Source of the DNA: Flavobacteriales bacterium
Lineage (GTDB): Bacteria > Bacteroidota > Bacteroidia > Flavobacteriales_D > JBKBNH01
NCBI GenBank assembly: GCA_046295395.1
Contig: JBKBNH010000006.1
Coordinates: 53,646-117,645 of the forward strand
Direction of reading: 5' to 3'
DNA: 64,000 nucleotides
The notes beneath the pieces are model-generated. The model was not told where the DNA came from, made no database searches, and saw nothing but the letters and a program-made list of their open reading frames with translations. Shown in pieces: positions 55,107 through 64,000 of this stretch. Each line of letters opens with the position of its first letter. The stretch's first letter is position 1. The position numbers and the translations under genes are program-made.

Positions 55107-55936
55107 TGTTCTCTCGCTTTTTTCTCTATATCCAGCTGTTCCAGTTTGTAGATGTTCTTAATGATATAACAATGTCTACATTTCTGAAAATCGGTAAATA
55201 GGCGAATAGTAATCGTGTGGTAATTAATGCCAGGCTCGGTATAAACCGCGGTAACTTCGCCCACACGCTCTCCTTTGGGAAATAATGCATCATCGCCACG
55301 AGTTAATATTACGTCTCCTATGTTTATCTTTACATAGCCCGCAATAGCGGTAACAGTGGCTTCTGTGTGATTGTTTTCAGTAGTCCATTTTAACAGCCCG
55401 AAAGTTCCGGTAGGTTCATGAATCACTCCTATTTCTGTTCGTTCATGAATTACAGGGTAAGCCGTAGAAAAATTTTCCGAAACATCTCGGATATAGCCGA
55501 TAATTCCGTTTGGCCCTACAATTCCCATCCCCTCTTCTATTCCGCTGGATTTACCCCTGTTCAACGTAAGAAAATTAGCTCTGTTACGCCAGGTACTGTT
55601 TATTATTTCAGCGGGAATAAAAGTGAACTGCTGTTTAAGCACAGAGTCGTTTTTTTTGAGGAATCCTTTTTCTTCGTGAAGGGTGTAGCCTTTCATCATT
55701 TCTTTCAGCTGCGCATTTTCTTCACTTAAATCGATATTTTGCTGACGCAAATTGATATAGGCAGTGAGGCCGCTCCTCAGTTCAAGTATATTGGCAATCA
55801 GGGCGTTTGAAGAGTTTACAAACACTGCTCTTTGGTAGCGGTTTTCGGAGAAAATAAGGGCAAAACAAAAACCTTGTAAAAGTAAGAACAAGAAAAAATT
55901 GCTGTTCTTTTGTACAAAGGCAATTATATTACGCAT
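55103..55936 (-). CDS. mreC: Rod shape-determining protein MreC
   Basis: N-terminal TM helix, coiled coil (LRQQNIDLSEENAQLKE) and a beta-rich C-domain (GMGIVGPNGIIGYI). Positioned after mreB. Confidence 0.85.
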   Translation of the reverse strand: MRNIIAFVQKNSNFFLFLLLQGFCFALIFSENRYQRAVFVNSSNALIANILELRSGLTAYINLRQQNIDLSEENAQLKEMMKGYTLHEEKGFLKKNDSVLKQQFTFIPAEIINSTWRNRANFLTLNRGKSSGIEEGMGIVGPNGIIGYIRDVSENFSTAYPVIHERTEIGVIHEPTGTFGLLKWTTENNHTEATVTAIAGYVKINIGDVILTRGDDALFPKGERVGEVTAVYTEPGINYHTITIRLFTDFQKCRHCYIIKNIYKLEQLDIEKKAREQ

Positions 55937-55955
55937 CCTTCACTTTTCTTTCTTG

Positions 55956-56981
55956 TTAATCCCTGATAAGGAACTGAAATTTATCAATATTTTTAAGCGC
56001 GATACCCGTTCCGCGAGCCACAGCTCTTAGCGGGTCTTCGGCAATATGAACAGGAAGTTTGGTTTTCATAGATATTCGCTTATCCAATCCTCTGAGCATA
56101 GAGCCGCCTCCCGCCAGGTAAATACCTGTTTTATAAATATCTGCCGAAAGCTCAGGTGGTGTCATTTCCAGCGCACTTAATATAGCTTCTTCAATTTTCG
56201 AAATCGATTTGTCCAACGCATGGGCAATTTCCTGATAGGAAACATGTATTTCTTTAGGAATACCCGTCATGAGGTCTCTACCACGCACAGCAAAATCTTC
56301 GGGTGGGTTGTCCAGTTCATCAATTGCAGCACCTACCTCAATTTTAATTTGTTCTGCAGTTCGTTCGCCCACGAGTATATTGTGTTGTCGGCGCATATAT
56401 TCTTCTATATCGCTAGTGAATTCGTCGCCTGCTACCCGAATGGATTTATCGCACACTATTCCTCCCAAAGCAATAACCGCAATTTCTGATGTTCCTCCTC
56501 CTATATCAATAATCATATTGCCCATTGGCTCTTCCACATCTATTCCTATACCAATTGCTGCGGCCATAGGTTCGTGAATCATGTAAACTTCTTTAGCTCC
56601 GGCATGTTCAGCAGAATCGCGCACAGCCCGTTTTTCTACTTCGGTAATTCCACTGGGAATACAAACTACCATTCGAAGAGAAGGATTAAAAAACCGGGCT
56701 CCTGGTTTTATCATTTTTATCATTCCCCTAATCATGTGTTCAGCTGCCTGAAAATCAGCAATTACACCATCTTTCAGAGGCCGTATGGTTTTGATGTTTT
56801 CGTGGGTTTTTCCGTGCATCTGTTGTGCTTTCCTTCCAATACCGATTACTTTGTTGGTGGTGCGGTCTATCGCTACAATCGATGGCTCATCTACCACTAC
56901 TTTGTCGTTGTGAATAATAAGGGTGTTTGCTGTGCCTAAATCGATGGCTATTTCCTGGGTAAAAAAATCAAATAATCCCAT
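55956..56981 (-). CDS. mreB: Rod shape-determining actin homologue MreB
   Basis: IAIDLGTANTLI, EPMAAAIG, DIGGGTSEIAV and LAGGGSMLRGLD motifs. Confidence 0.97.
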   Translation of the reverse strand: MGLFDFFTQEIAIDLGTANTLIIHNDKVVVDEPSIVAIDRTTNKVIGIGRKAQQMHGKTHENIKTIRPLKDGVIADFQAAEHMIRGMIKMIKPGARFFNPSLRMVVCIPSGITEVEKRAVRDSAEHAGAKEVYMIHEPMAAAIGIGIDVEEPMGNMIIDIGGGTSEIAVIALGGIVCDKSIRVAGDEFTSDIEEYMRRQHNILVGERTAEQIKIEVGAAIDELDNPPEDFAVRGRDLMTGIPKEIHVSYQEIAHALDKSISKIEEAILSALEMTPPELSADIYKTGIYLAGGGSMLRGLDKRISMKTKLPVHIAEDPLRAVARGTGIALKNIDKFQFLIRD

Positions 56982-56999
56982 TGTTTATGTTGTATTACG

Positions 57000-58529
57000 T
57001 TAATGTTTAAAATGTCTGTTGCCTGTTGTAACCATTGCCAAGCCATTAAGGTTACAATATTCGATAGATAGTTTATCATTTATCGACCCGCCGGGCTGAA
57101 TAACGGCTGTAATTCCTGCTTTATGGGCAATTTCTACACAGTCTGGAAAGGGGAAAAATGCATCAGATGCCATCACCGCACCATTCAAGTCTAACTGAAA
57201 CAAATTTGCTTTGTGAACAGCCTGATTAAGTGCATCTACTCGCGAAGTTTGCCCTGTTCCATTTGCCAACAGTTGTTTATTTTTAGCTAAAACTATGGTG
57301 TTAGACTTAGTGTGTTTCACAATCTTGTTTGCAAACTCAAGGTCTGTAATTTCTTGTGCGGTTGGTTTCGCCTCGGTAACCGGCACAAAGTGTTCCTGCT
57401 TATCGGTTACATTGTCTTTGTCTTGGAATAGAATACCATTCAGGGCAGACCTAACTTGTACGTCGGGCAGGCTCCAGTGTTTTAGTGTAAGTAACACCCT
57501 GTTTTTTTTCTGCTTGAGTAATTCCAATGCATCAGCATCGTAATCGGCAGCTATAAGCACCTCATAAAATAACTCGTGAATTTGATTGGCTGTGGCTATA
57601 TCAATTTTCCTATTGGCTATAAGTATTCCTCCAAAAGCCGAAACCGGGTCGCCGGCAAGCGCGTCTTTATATGCCTCCGTCATGGTGTTGCGGGTAGCTA
57701 TTCCACAGCAGTTGTTGTGTTTAAGAATAGCAAAAGTGGGCGCCTCATTCTTAAATTCAGCCATCAAGTTTACGGCAGCATCTACATCAAGCAAGTTGTT
57801 GTACGAGAGTTCTTTTCCGTGATGTTTTTCAAACAAATCATTTATATCACCATAGAAAGTACCTTTTTGGTGAGGGTTCTCTCCATAGCGAAGCAAATAT
57901 GCCTGCTGCAGGCTTAGTTTAAACGCCGGTACCGAGTCGTTTCGGTTGAACCAATTGAAAATAACACTATCGTAGTGCGAAGAAATATTGAATGCCCTTG
58001 TGGCTAATAGTTTTCTGTCTTCAAGTGTTGTCGCTCCATTATTTTTATCAAGCATACCGGCAAGCAGGGCATAGTCTTCTCTGCCAGAGAGAATAACCAC
58101 GTCTTTGTAATTTTTGGCTGCAGCCCGAATAAGTGATATCCCGCCAATGTCTATCTTCTCAATAATATCCTGCTCAGATGCCCCCGAGGCTACGGTTGTC
58201 TCAAACGGATACAAATCAACAATTACCAAGTCAATTTCGGGAATGTCGTAGGCTTCGAGTTGTGCCACATCATCCTGTAGCTCACGGCGGCTAAGAATCC
58301 CACCAAACACTTTAGGGTGTAGTGTTTTCACCCTTCCACCTAGTATGGACGGGTAAGATGTAAGTTCTTCAACCGGAGTCACCTCTATGGAAAGGCTCTC
58401 TAAAAATGTTTGTGTGCCTCCCGTAGAGAAGAACTTAACTCCATGTAAATGAAGTTTTTTTGCTAAAACATCCAATCCCTCTTTGTGAAAAACGGAAACC
58501 AAGGCTGTTCTGATTTTTTTTTTGCTCAT
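57000..58529 (-). CDS. purH: Bifunctional AICAR transformylase / IMP cyclohydrolase
   Basis: Start set at MSKKKIRTALVSVFHKEGL (58529). Motifs STGGT, GGRVKTLHP, DLVIVDLYPF, RYGENPHQ and QPGGSI.D. Confidence 0.95.
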   Translation of the reverse strand: MSKKKIRTALVSVFHKEGLDVLAKKLHLHGVKFFSTGGTQTFLESLSIEVTPVEELTSYPSILGGRVKTLHPKVFGGILSRRELQDDVAQLEAYDIPEIDLVIVDLYPFETTVASGASEQDIIEKIDIGGISLIRAAAKNYKDVVILSGREDYALLAGMLDKNNGATTLEDRKLLATRAFNISSHYDSVIFNWFNRNDSVPAFKLSLQQAYLLRYGENPHQKGTFYGDINDLFEKHHGKELSYNNLLDVDAAVNLMAEFKNEAPTFAILKHNNCCGIATRNTMTEAYKDALAGDPVSAFGGILIANRKIDIATANQIHELFYEVLIAADYDADALELLKQKKNRVLLTLKHWSLPDVQVRSALNGILFQDKDNVTDKQEHFVPVTEAKPTAQEITDLEFANKIVKHTKSNTIVLAKNKQLLANGTGQTSRVDALNQAVHKANLFQLDLNGAVMASDAFFPFPDCVEIAHKAGITAVIQPGGSINDKLSIEYCNLNGLAMVTTGNRHFKH

Positions 58530-58901
58530 GTATCTTTTTTGTGCGCAAAGCACCTGTTTTTGCTTCATATCAAACCAAGTTGCAAGTTTAGTAAGAGTTT
58601 TGCTATTAAACCGATTAAAAACAAAGGCTGTTAATAAGTTAAGGGTATATGTTAAAATTTTGTTTATCCAAGCATATCCTTATCTGCTTACACAGTTCTC
58701 TCAAAAATAATTATTATGTCACGAAATATTTATTATTCGAAATAGGCAAAAACACGAGGAAAAAGGATTTTTTGAACGTACAAATCGATATATCTTTTTC
58801 ATCACATTTAAATCTTAAACTTGCAAACGTTAACTTTGCGACAAATGATTTTTTACGACAAGGCATAAATCTGCTTTGCAACCTGATTATAGATTTACAC
58901 C

Positions 58902-60107
58902 ATGGGATGCGATACCTGTAGCAATAATAAAACCGGAACACCACGCGGGTGCAAGAGCAACGGAACCTGCGAAAGCGGAGGGTGCAACAAAATGGGCGTG
59001 TTCGACTGGCTCGCCAATATGGAGTTGGGTGCCGGCCAAGCACCTTTCGATTGTATTGAAGTACGATTTAAGAATGGCCGTAAAGGGTTTTACCGTACAG
59101 AAAGTCGTCATGCGTACCACGTAGGCGATGTAGTGGTAGTAGATGTAAGTCCTGGCCATGATGTGGGGGTGGTTACACTTACGGGCGAACTGGTGCGAAT
59201 ACAGATGAACAAAAAAGGAGTGAGCCCCACCAACCGCGAGCTGAAAAAAGTATACCGCAAAGCCACAGAAGACGATCTTGATAAATGGCAAGAGGCCCGT
59301 AATTTGGAATACAACACCATGCACAAAGCCCGCACAATTGCATTAGAACTCAGGTTACAGATGAAAATAAGCGATGTGGAATACCAAGGTGATAAAACCA
59401 AAGCCACGTTTTATTACACCGCCGACGACCGGGTAGACTTCAGAGAACTGATTAAAAAAATGGCCGACTCCTTCAAAGTTCGCATTGAAATGAGGCAGAT
59501 TGGTGTGCGGCAAGAGGCCGGCAGACTGGGCGGGATAGGCTCTTGTGGTAGAGAGCTCTGTTGCTCTACCTGGCTTACCGATTTTCGCTCGGTAAACACG
59601 GGAGCTGCCCGATACCAGCAACTTTCGCTAAACCCCCAAAAACTGGCAGGGCAATGTGGCAAATTAAAATGCTGCCTGAATTACGAACTGGACGTGTATG
59701 TAGATACCTTGAAAGATTTCCCCGACACTAATACCAAGCTGCAATTGCGAAACGGCTACGCCGTAAACATCAAAATCGACGTGTTTAAAAGACTGATGTA
59801 TTACCAACTTTTCAGAGAAAACATGCCCTCGCAAATAATTGCACTTACGGTTGAAAATGCTAAAGATATTATAGAAAAAAACAAAGCAGGAGTAACCCCC
59901 GAAGACCTGAAACGTTTTACAGAAATTGCCCCCGTAATAGAAGAACCCAAATACGAAAACGTAGTTGGACAAGATGATTTAAAGCGTTTTGACAATAAAT
60001 TTAAAAACAAAGGCGGACAAAACAACAACCGAAACCGCAATAAGCGCAAAGACAATAACCGCCGCAACGACACCCGAAATCGCAACAACAGTAATGAAAA
60101 AAAGTAA
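58902..60107 (+). CDS. PSP1 domain protein (RicT/YaaT-like) with a Cys-rich N-terminus and an N/R-rich basic tail
   Basis: The PSP1 core runs from VEVRFKNGRKGFY through KMADSFKVRIEMRQIG.RQEA. Conserved Cys pairs occur at GSCGRELCCSTWL and GQCGKLKCCLNYE. The many antisense ORFs here are artefacts of the higher GC. Confidence 0.85.
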   Translation: MGCDTCSNNKTGTPRGCKSNGTCESGGCNKMGVFDWLANMELGAGQAPFDCIEVRFKNGRKGFYRTESRHAYHVGDVVVVDVSPGHDVGVVTLTGELVRIQMNKKGVSPTNRELKKVYRKATEDDLDKWQEARNLEYNTMHKARTIALELRLQMKISDVEYQGDKTKATFYYTADDRVDFRELIKKMADSFKVRIEMRQIGVRQEAGRLGGIGSCGRELCCSTWLTDFRSVNTGAARYQQLSLNPQKLAGQCGKLKCCLNYELDVYVDTLKDFPDTNTKLQLRNGYAVNIKIDVFKRLMYYQLFRENMPSQIIALTVENAKDIIEKNKAGVTPEDLKRFTEIAPVIEEPKYENVVGQDDLKRFDNKFKNKGGQNNNRNRNKRKDNNRRNDTRNRNNSNEKK

Positions 60108-60582
60108 TCGGTATATTTTTTTGTTGTTTACCATGATTTTGTTTGCTTCTTGCCTAAGAGAAGATGTGTTGTTTGAACAAAATCAACCCATCAGCAATTT
60201 TGAATGGGGCATATACGACACCATTTCTTTTCCGGTTGAAGTGGATGACACACTTACACCCAACAACTTCTACATTCAGTTTAGGCACACTACCGGATAC
60301 GAGTGGAAAAACATCTATTTTTTTGTAACTACCGAATTTCCCAGCGGACTAAGTTATAAAGATACCGTTTGGTGCCTCTTACAAGACAATACTCAATGGC
60401 TGGGGCAGGGCAGTGGAAATCTGGTAGATAATACCATAGGCATAAAGAAAAATGTGCGATTCCCTTTCAAAGGCACGTATCACTTTCACATACAACACGC
60501 CATGTATAGTGACCCGCTTGAGGAGATAACCGATGTAGGATTAAAAATTGTGCGAGTAAAACAATCAGAAGATGGAAACTAG
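60094..60582 (+). CDS. gldH: Gliding-motility lipoprotein GldH-like
   Basis: Start set at ATG 60094 (MKKSNRYIFLLFTMILFASC lipobox), giving 162 aa. The layout is family-like (NIYFFVTTEFPSG..., FKGTYHFHIQHAM, EITDVGLKIV) and the gene sits between PSP1 and PBP1A. Assignment is from memory of the family. Confidence 0.65.
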   Translation: MKKSNRYIFLLFTMILFASCLREDVLFEQNQPISNFEWGIYDTISFPVEVDDTLTPNNFYIQFRHTTGYEWKNIYFFVTTEFPSGLSYKDTVWCLLQDNTQWLGQGSGNLVDNTIGIKKNVRFPFKGTYHFHIQHAMYSDPLEEITDVGLKIVRVKQSEDGN

Positions 60583-60673
60583 TCATTTAGTTACTTGGTT
60601 TTTTATATCCCCAATTATTTAGATACTATGCCGAAGCCCACAACCACCGTTCTCTAAACAAGATAAATGAAGC

Positions 60674-60681
60674 TAAATTTG
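60674..60681 (+). promoter_or_regulatory. Candidate -7 promoter box for the PBP1A gene
   Basis: TAAATTTG fits TAnnTTTG. It lies 17 nt before ATG 60698 and 47 nt before the alternative ATG 60728. No clear -33 is present. Confidence 0.35.
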
Positions 60682-60697
60682 CCGTGTCTGCGAAAAG

Positions 60698-63040
60698 ATG
60701 AGTAATTTCGATTTAGGCATAGAAAGTATGAGCAAAAAAAAATCCACAAAAAAATCAGCAAGACCAAACAAAAATGGAGTGCCTTATAAGTTGAAAAAAT
60801 GGGCTGTTTTAGGAGTCTGGTTTGTGCTTCTTTTTCCTATCCTGGCTGTGTCCATTATGCTGCTTGCCTTGTCGGAATCAGATTTGCCCACACTGGAGCA
60901 ACTGGAAAATCCGCGCAGCGACGAAGCCACTATTCTGTTTTCGGAAGACGGCAAAGTAATCGGCAAGTTTTATCAGGCGGCAAACCGTACTAAAATAAAG
61001 TTTCACGACTTGTCTCCTAATCTGGTAAATGCACTGGTGGCTACCGAAGACGAGCGTTTCTACTCCCACGCCGGGGTAGATGTAAACGCACTGGGTAGAG
61101 CCGTTGGCGGCATATTGGTCGGCAGCAACCGGGGCGGAGCCTCCACCATCAGCCAGCAGTTAGCCAAAATGATGTTTCACGAAAGGCCGGGAAGCAAGTG
61201 GGGTCGGATAAAGCAAAAATTTGCCGAGTGGATTATCGCTGCCCGCATAGAGCGGAGCTACACTAAAAACGAAATTATAGCGATGTATTTCAACCAGTTT
61301 GACTACCTGCACACCGCCGTGGGGATTCACTCTGCCTGCAAGGTTTATTTCAACACTACTCCTGACAAAATTACCTTAGAGCAGGCCGCCACGCTAGTAG
61401 GCATGTTCAAAAGCCCCAGCATATACAACCCCAAATCGAATCCCGAAAACGCTCACCAACGGCGAATGGTGGTGCTGAAACAAATGCAAAAAAACAACTT
61501 TCTCTCGCAGCAGCAATACGACTCGCTAAAGATGTTGCCTCTGGAGCTGGATTATAAACCCGAACTGCAATACACCGGACTTGCACCCTACTTTAGAGAT
61601 TTTATCCGCAACGAGGTAAAAACCATTTTGAGCAATCCGGTCATTCGAAAACCCGACGGAAAGAGTTACAACGTTTACAACGACGGTCTGCGCATATACA
61701 CTACCCTCGACTCGCGCATGCAGGTCTACGCTGAAGAAGCCCTCGAAAACTACCTGAAAAACGAACTTCAGCCCGCTTTCGAAAAAGACATCAGCAAGAA
61801 TACCCACAAGCCTTTTGCCTCCAACGTGGATAAAGCTACTGCCGAAAGCGCTATAAAGCGCGGCATGAAGCAAAGCGAACGCTACCACAAACTGAAGGAA
61901 GAAGGCCTTTCCGAAAAAGAAATTGAAGCCAATTTTAAAACCCCCGTAACCATGAAGGTATTCGACTGGAAAACACCGGGGCTAGAAAAAGAAGTGGAAA
62001 TGTCCCCTTGGGACTCTATAAAATACCACAAAGCCATTCTGCGAGCAGGCTTGGTATCTGTAGACCCGAATACCGGATTTATAAAAGCCTGGGTGGGAGG
62101 CCCAAGCCACAAGTATTTTAAATACGATATGGTGGCACAAGGGCGCAGACAGGTTGGCTCTACCATGAAGCCATTTGTTTATGCCACAGCCATTAGAGAC
62201 GATGTGGTAACACCTTGTTCTTCTTTTCCCAACAATCGGGAATGTATAGATATAAAGTACGGAAGCCAAGTAAAAGTTTGGTGTCCCGGGGGTGAAAAAG
62301 ACTACGATGGGGTGGAAACCCCTATTTTTTATGCTTTGGCTCAATCCATGAATAACATTACGGCAAAAATTATCAATATGCAAGGCGGCACCAATACCGG
62401 AGTGGTGAAGCTGTTCGAAGATATGGGGCTGGAAAAAGGCAGGCTAGAGTCTGTACCATCGCTCGGATTGGGAGTTTGCGATTTAACCCTGCTCGAAATG
62501 ACCAGCGCACAAGCCATGTTGGTCAACATGGGAATATACAACAATCCTGTAGCCGTATTGCGCATAGAAGACCGCAACGGGAAAGTAATATACGATGCCA
62601 ATATGCAAGTAAAAGAAGTGCTCGATGGCGAAACCGCCTACGAAATTGTAAAAATGATGAAAGGGGCTACAGGAGTTCGTCGCCCCGCCGATGGCAAACC
62701 GGGAGGAACTGCAGGCAAGCTCAGGAATTATTTTAGTGCGCCCGTAGCTTGTAAAACCGGAACCACCCAAAACGGCTCAGATGCCTGGTTTATGGGGCTT
62801 ACTCCTGATTTGGTTACAGGAGTATGGGTGGGCGGAGAAGATATGTCTGTGCGATTCTCCGAGCAAAGCGGAATGGGATATGGTGGTAAAATGGCCCTGC
62901 CCATTTGGGGGGTGTACATGAAAAAAGTATATGCCGATAAGAGCATTCGCCTAAATCGTGGCGATTTTGAACCTCCTGCTCTGGGGCTTTCGCCTATTAT
63001 CGATTGTCACAAAGAAGCCCCCCTCGGATTCAGTTTTTAG
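60698..63040 (+). CDS. mrcA: Bifunctional class A penicillin-binding protein 1A (GT51 transglycosylase plus transpeptidase)
   Basis: TM anchor present. GT51 motifs EDERFYSHAGVD and GGSTISQQLAK. Transpeptidase motifs GSTMKPF (SxxK), SMN and KTGTT. The start could instead be 60728. Confidence 0.93.
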   Translation: MSNFDLGIESMSKKKSTKKSARPNKNGVPYKLKKWAVLGVWFVLLFPILAVSIMLLALSESDLPTLEQLENPRSDEATILFSEDGKVIGKFYQAANRTKIKFHDLSPNLVNALVATEDERFYSHAGVDVNALGRAVGGILVGSNRGGASTISQQLAKMMFHERPGSKWGRIKQKFAEWIIAARIERSYTKNEIIAMYFNQFDYLHTAVGIHSACKVYFNTTPDKITLEQAATLVGMFKSPSIYNPKSNPENAHQRRMVVLKQMQKNNFLSQQQYDSLKMLPLELDYKPELQYTGLAPYFRDFIRNEVKTILSNPVIRKPDGKSYNVYNDGLRIYTTLDSRMQVYAEEALENYLKNELQPAFEKDISKNTHKPFASNVDKATAESAIKRGMKQSERYHKLKEEGLSEKEIEANFKTPVTMKVFDWKTPGLEKEVEMSPWDSIKYHKAILRAGLVSVDPNTGFIKAWVGGPSHKYFKYDMVAQGRRQVGSTMKPFVYATAIRDDVVTPCSSFPNNRECIDIKYGSQVKVWCPGGEKDYDGVETPIFYALAQSMNNITAKIINMQGGTNTGVVKLFEDMGLEKGRLESVPSLGLGVCDLTLLEMTSAQAMLVNMGIYNNPVAVLRIEDRNGKVIYDANMQVKEVLDGETAYEIVKMMKGATGVRRPADGKPGGTAGKLRNYFSAPVACKTGTTQNGSDAWFMGLTPDLVTGVWVGGEDMSVRFSEQSGMGYGGKMALPIWGVYMKKVYADKSIRLNRGDFEPPALGLSPIIDCHKEAPLGFSF

Positions 63041-63115
63041 TAAAATCTCTTTTTTCCACTTTATTTCTAAAGTGAATAACCGATATTTGCCTTTCAATTC
63101 GCATGCACACAGATT

Positions 63116-64000
63116 ATGAACAAAGTAAAAACCCTCGGAGAATTTATAGTAGAAAATCAAACCGATTTTCCTTTTGCCAGCGGAGAACTCTCCCGCTTGC
63201 TAAGCTCCATTCGTTTGGCAAGTAAAATCATTAACCGCGAGGTGAACAAAGCCGGGCTGGTAAACGAAATTTTGGGCGAGGCAGGTTCTGAAAACATTCA
63301 GGGCGAAGCGCAGCAAAAACTCGATGTATATGCCGATAATCAAATGATATACGCCCTTAGAGCAAGAGGTGAAGTATGTGCCATAGCCTCGGAAGAAAAC
63401 GACGATTTTGTAGTGTTTGACAACGACCTTTCCCGCAAGGGAAAATACCTAGTGTTATTTGACCCATTGGACGGCTCCGGCAACATTGATGTAAATGTTT
63501 CTATAGGCACTATTTTTAGCATCTTTAGACGATTAGACCCCGAAAAACCCATTACAGTAGAAGATTTTCTACAACCCGGCACGGCTCAGGTAGCAGCGGG
63601 ATATGTTATTTACGGCTCGTCCACTATGATGGTATACACAACCGGACACGGGGTAAACGGATTCACTCTCGACCCGTCCATTGGCACGTTTTGCTTATCG
63701 CACCCCAACATAAAAATGCCCAAAGACGGAAAAATGTACTCGGTAAACGAGGGCAACTTCAACACGATGAAAGAAGGCGTAAAAGCCTACATCAACTGGT
63801 GCCGCGAAGAAGATAAATCAACCAAACGCCCTTACTCAGCACGCTACATTGGTTCGCTGGTGGCCGATTTTCACCGCAACCTACTCAAGGGCGGCATATA
63901 CATCTACCCGGGAACCACCAAAGCCCCCAACGGCAAACTTCGCTTGCTCTACGAGTGCAACCCGCTCGCCTTTATAGCCGAACAAGCCGGAGGTCTCGCC
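63116..64000 (+). CDS. fbp: Fructose-1,6-bisphosphatase class 1 (3' end outside the window)
   Basis: Not on the ORF track because there is no stop in the window. My translation from ATG 63116 reads [48 protein letters not shown]...EENDDF...[22 protein letters not shown]...[14 protein letters not shown]. These are class I FBPase motifs. The frame is open for 295 codons to the window edge. Confidence 0.9.
   Translation, partial: MNKVKTLGEFIVENQTDFPFASGELSRLLSSIRLASKIINREVNKAGLVNEILGEAGSENIQGEAQQKLDVYADNQMIYALRARGEVCAIASEENDDFVVFDNDLSRKGKYLVLFDPLDGSGNIDVNVSIGTIFSIFRRLDPEKPITVEDFLQPGTAQVAAGYVIYGSSTMMVYTTGHGVNGFTLDPSIGTFCLSHPNIKMPKDGKMYSVNEGNFNTMKEGVKAYINWCREEDKSTKRPYSARYIGSLVADFHRNLLKGGIYIYPGTTKAPNGKLRLLYECNPLAFIAEQAGGLA

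Noticed and set aside
58530-58720. A possible ZTP (pfl) riboswitch upstream of purH, a common arrangement in bacteria.
   Set aside because: I read the minus-strand leader and found none of the GC-rich conserved elements, such as the CCGCCUGGGC-type 3' sub-domain. The region is very AT-rich.
58714-60088. A dense set of 80-145-aa ORFs antisense to or out of frame with the PSP1 gene: 58714..59043, 58887..59324, 59108..59407, 59355..59621, 59414..59662, 59664..59972 and 59801..60088.
   Set aside because: The translations are low-complexity or R/C/F-rich with no motifs. The plus-strand frame carries a clear PSP1 domain. This stretch is GC-richer, which inflates spurious ORFs.
60784-62946. Multiple antisense or alternative-frame ORFs inside the PBP1A gene, for example 61526..61888, 61982..62383 and 62483..62770.
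   Set aside because: The plus-strand frame has the complete GT51 and transpeptidase motif sets. The others have no recognisable features.
1-64000. A search of the whole window for CRISPR arrays, IS elements or transposases, integrases, prophage genes, toxin-antitoxin pairs or known defence genes.
   Set aside because: I saw no regularly spaced direct repeats, no terminal inverted repeats flanking a transposase-like ORF, and no ORF with integrase, transposase, nuclease-helicase or defence-type motifs.

Overview
The window is a 64-kb chromosomal segment that looks like Bacteroidota, Flavobacteriia-type. The markers are a GldH-like lipoprotein, DUF1573 and FISUMP-type lipoproteins, TSP3-repeat OmpA-like barrels and TAnnTTTG -7 promoter boxes, in AT-rich, unevenly composed DNA. 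I call about 58 protein genes, including two partial genes missing from the ORF track: a secreted protein at 1-130(-) and fbp at 63116-64000(+). There is also one tRNA-Phe(GAA), three clear intrinsic terminators and a few promoter boxes.

The content is mostly cell-envelope and housekeeping. It includes the coaX / OM barrel / TPR / lptC-like / CBS-CorC / ppiD-like block, uvrA, and a small AT-rich Wza/Wzc glycan locus with rfbC, a WecA-like transferase, a GT4 transferase and asnB. It also includes dacB, rplU-rpmA, SulP, serS, rsmA, tsaB, purH-mreBCD-mrdA-rodA, PSP1(RicT-like)-gldH-PBP1A and fbp. I saw no transposase, integrase, CRISPR array, rRNA, prophage or recognisable defence or toxin system.

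The best candidate for an undescribed system is the co-directional operon at about 19.07-24.46 kb. Two paralogous outer-membrane barrels carry calcium-binding TSP3 linkers but end in three SPOR modules or an EF-hand instead of an OmpA peptidoglycan-binding domain. A tandem beta-sandwich-SPOR protein and a Cys-rich acidic lipoprotein accompany them. An S41 protease, DUF1573, DUF3108-like and an orphan response regulator follow downstream.

Secondary points are a PD40-propeller/Omp85-like barrel fusion, a half-size TauE, a Cys-rich head and N/R-rich tail on the PSP1 protein, and a C-rich G-poor (rut-like) spacer before SulP. All functional calls come from reading motifs in the translations; no database search was run.
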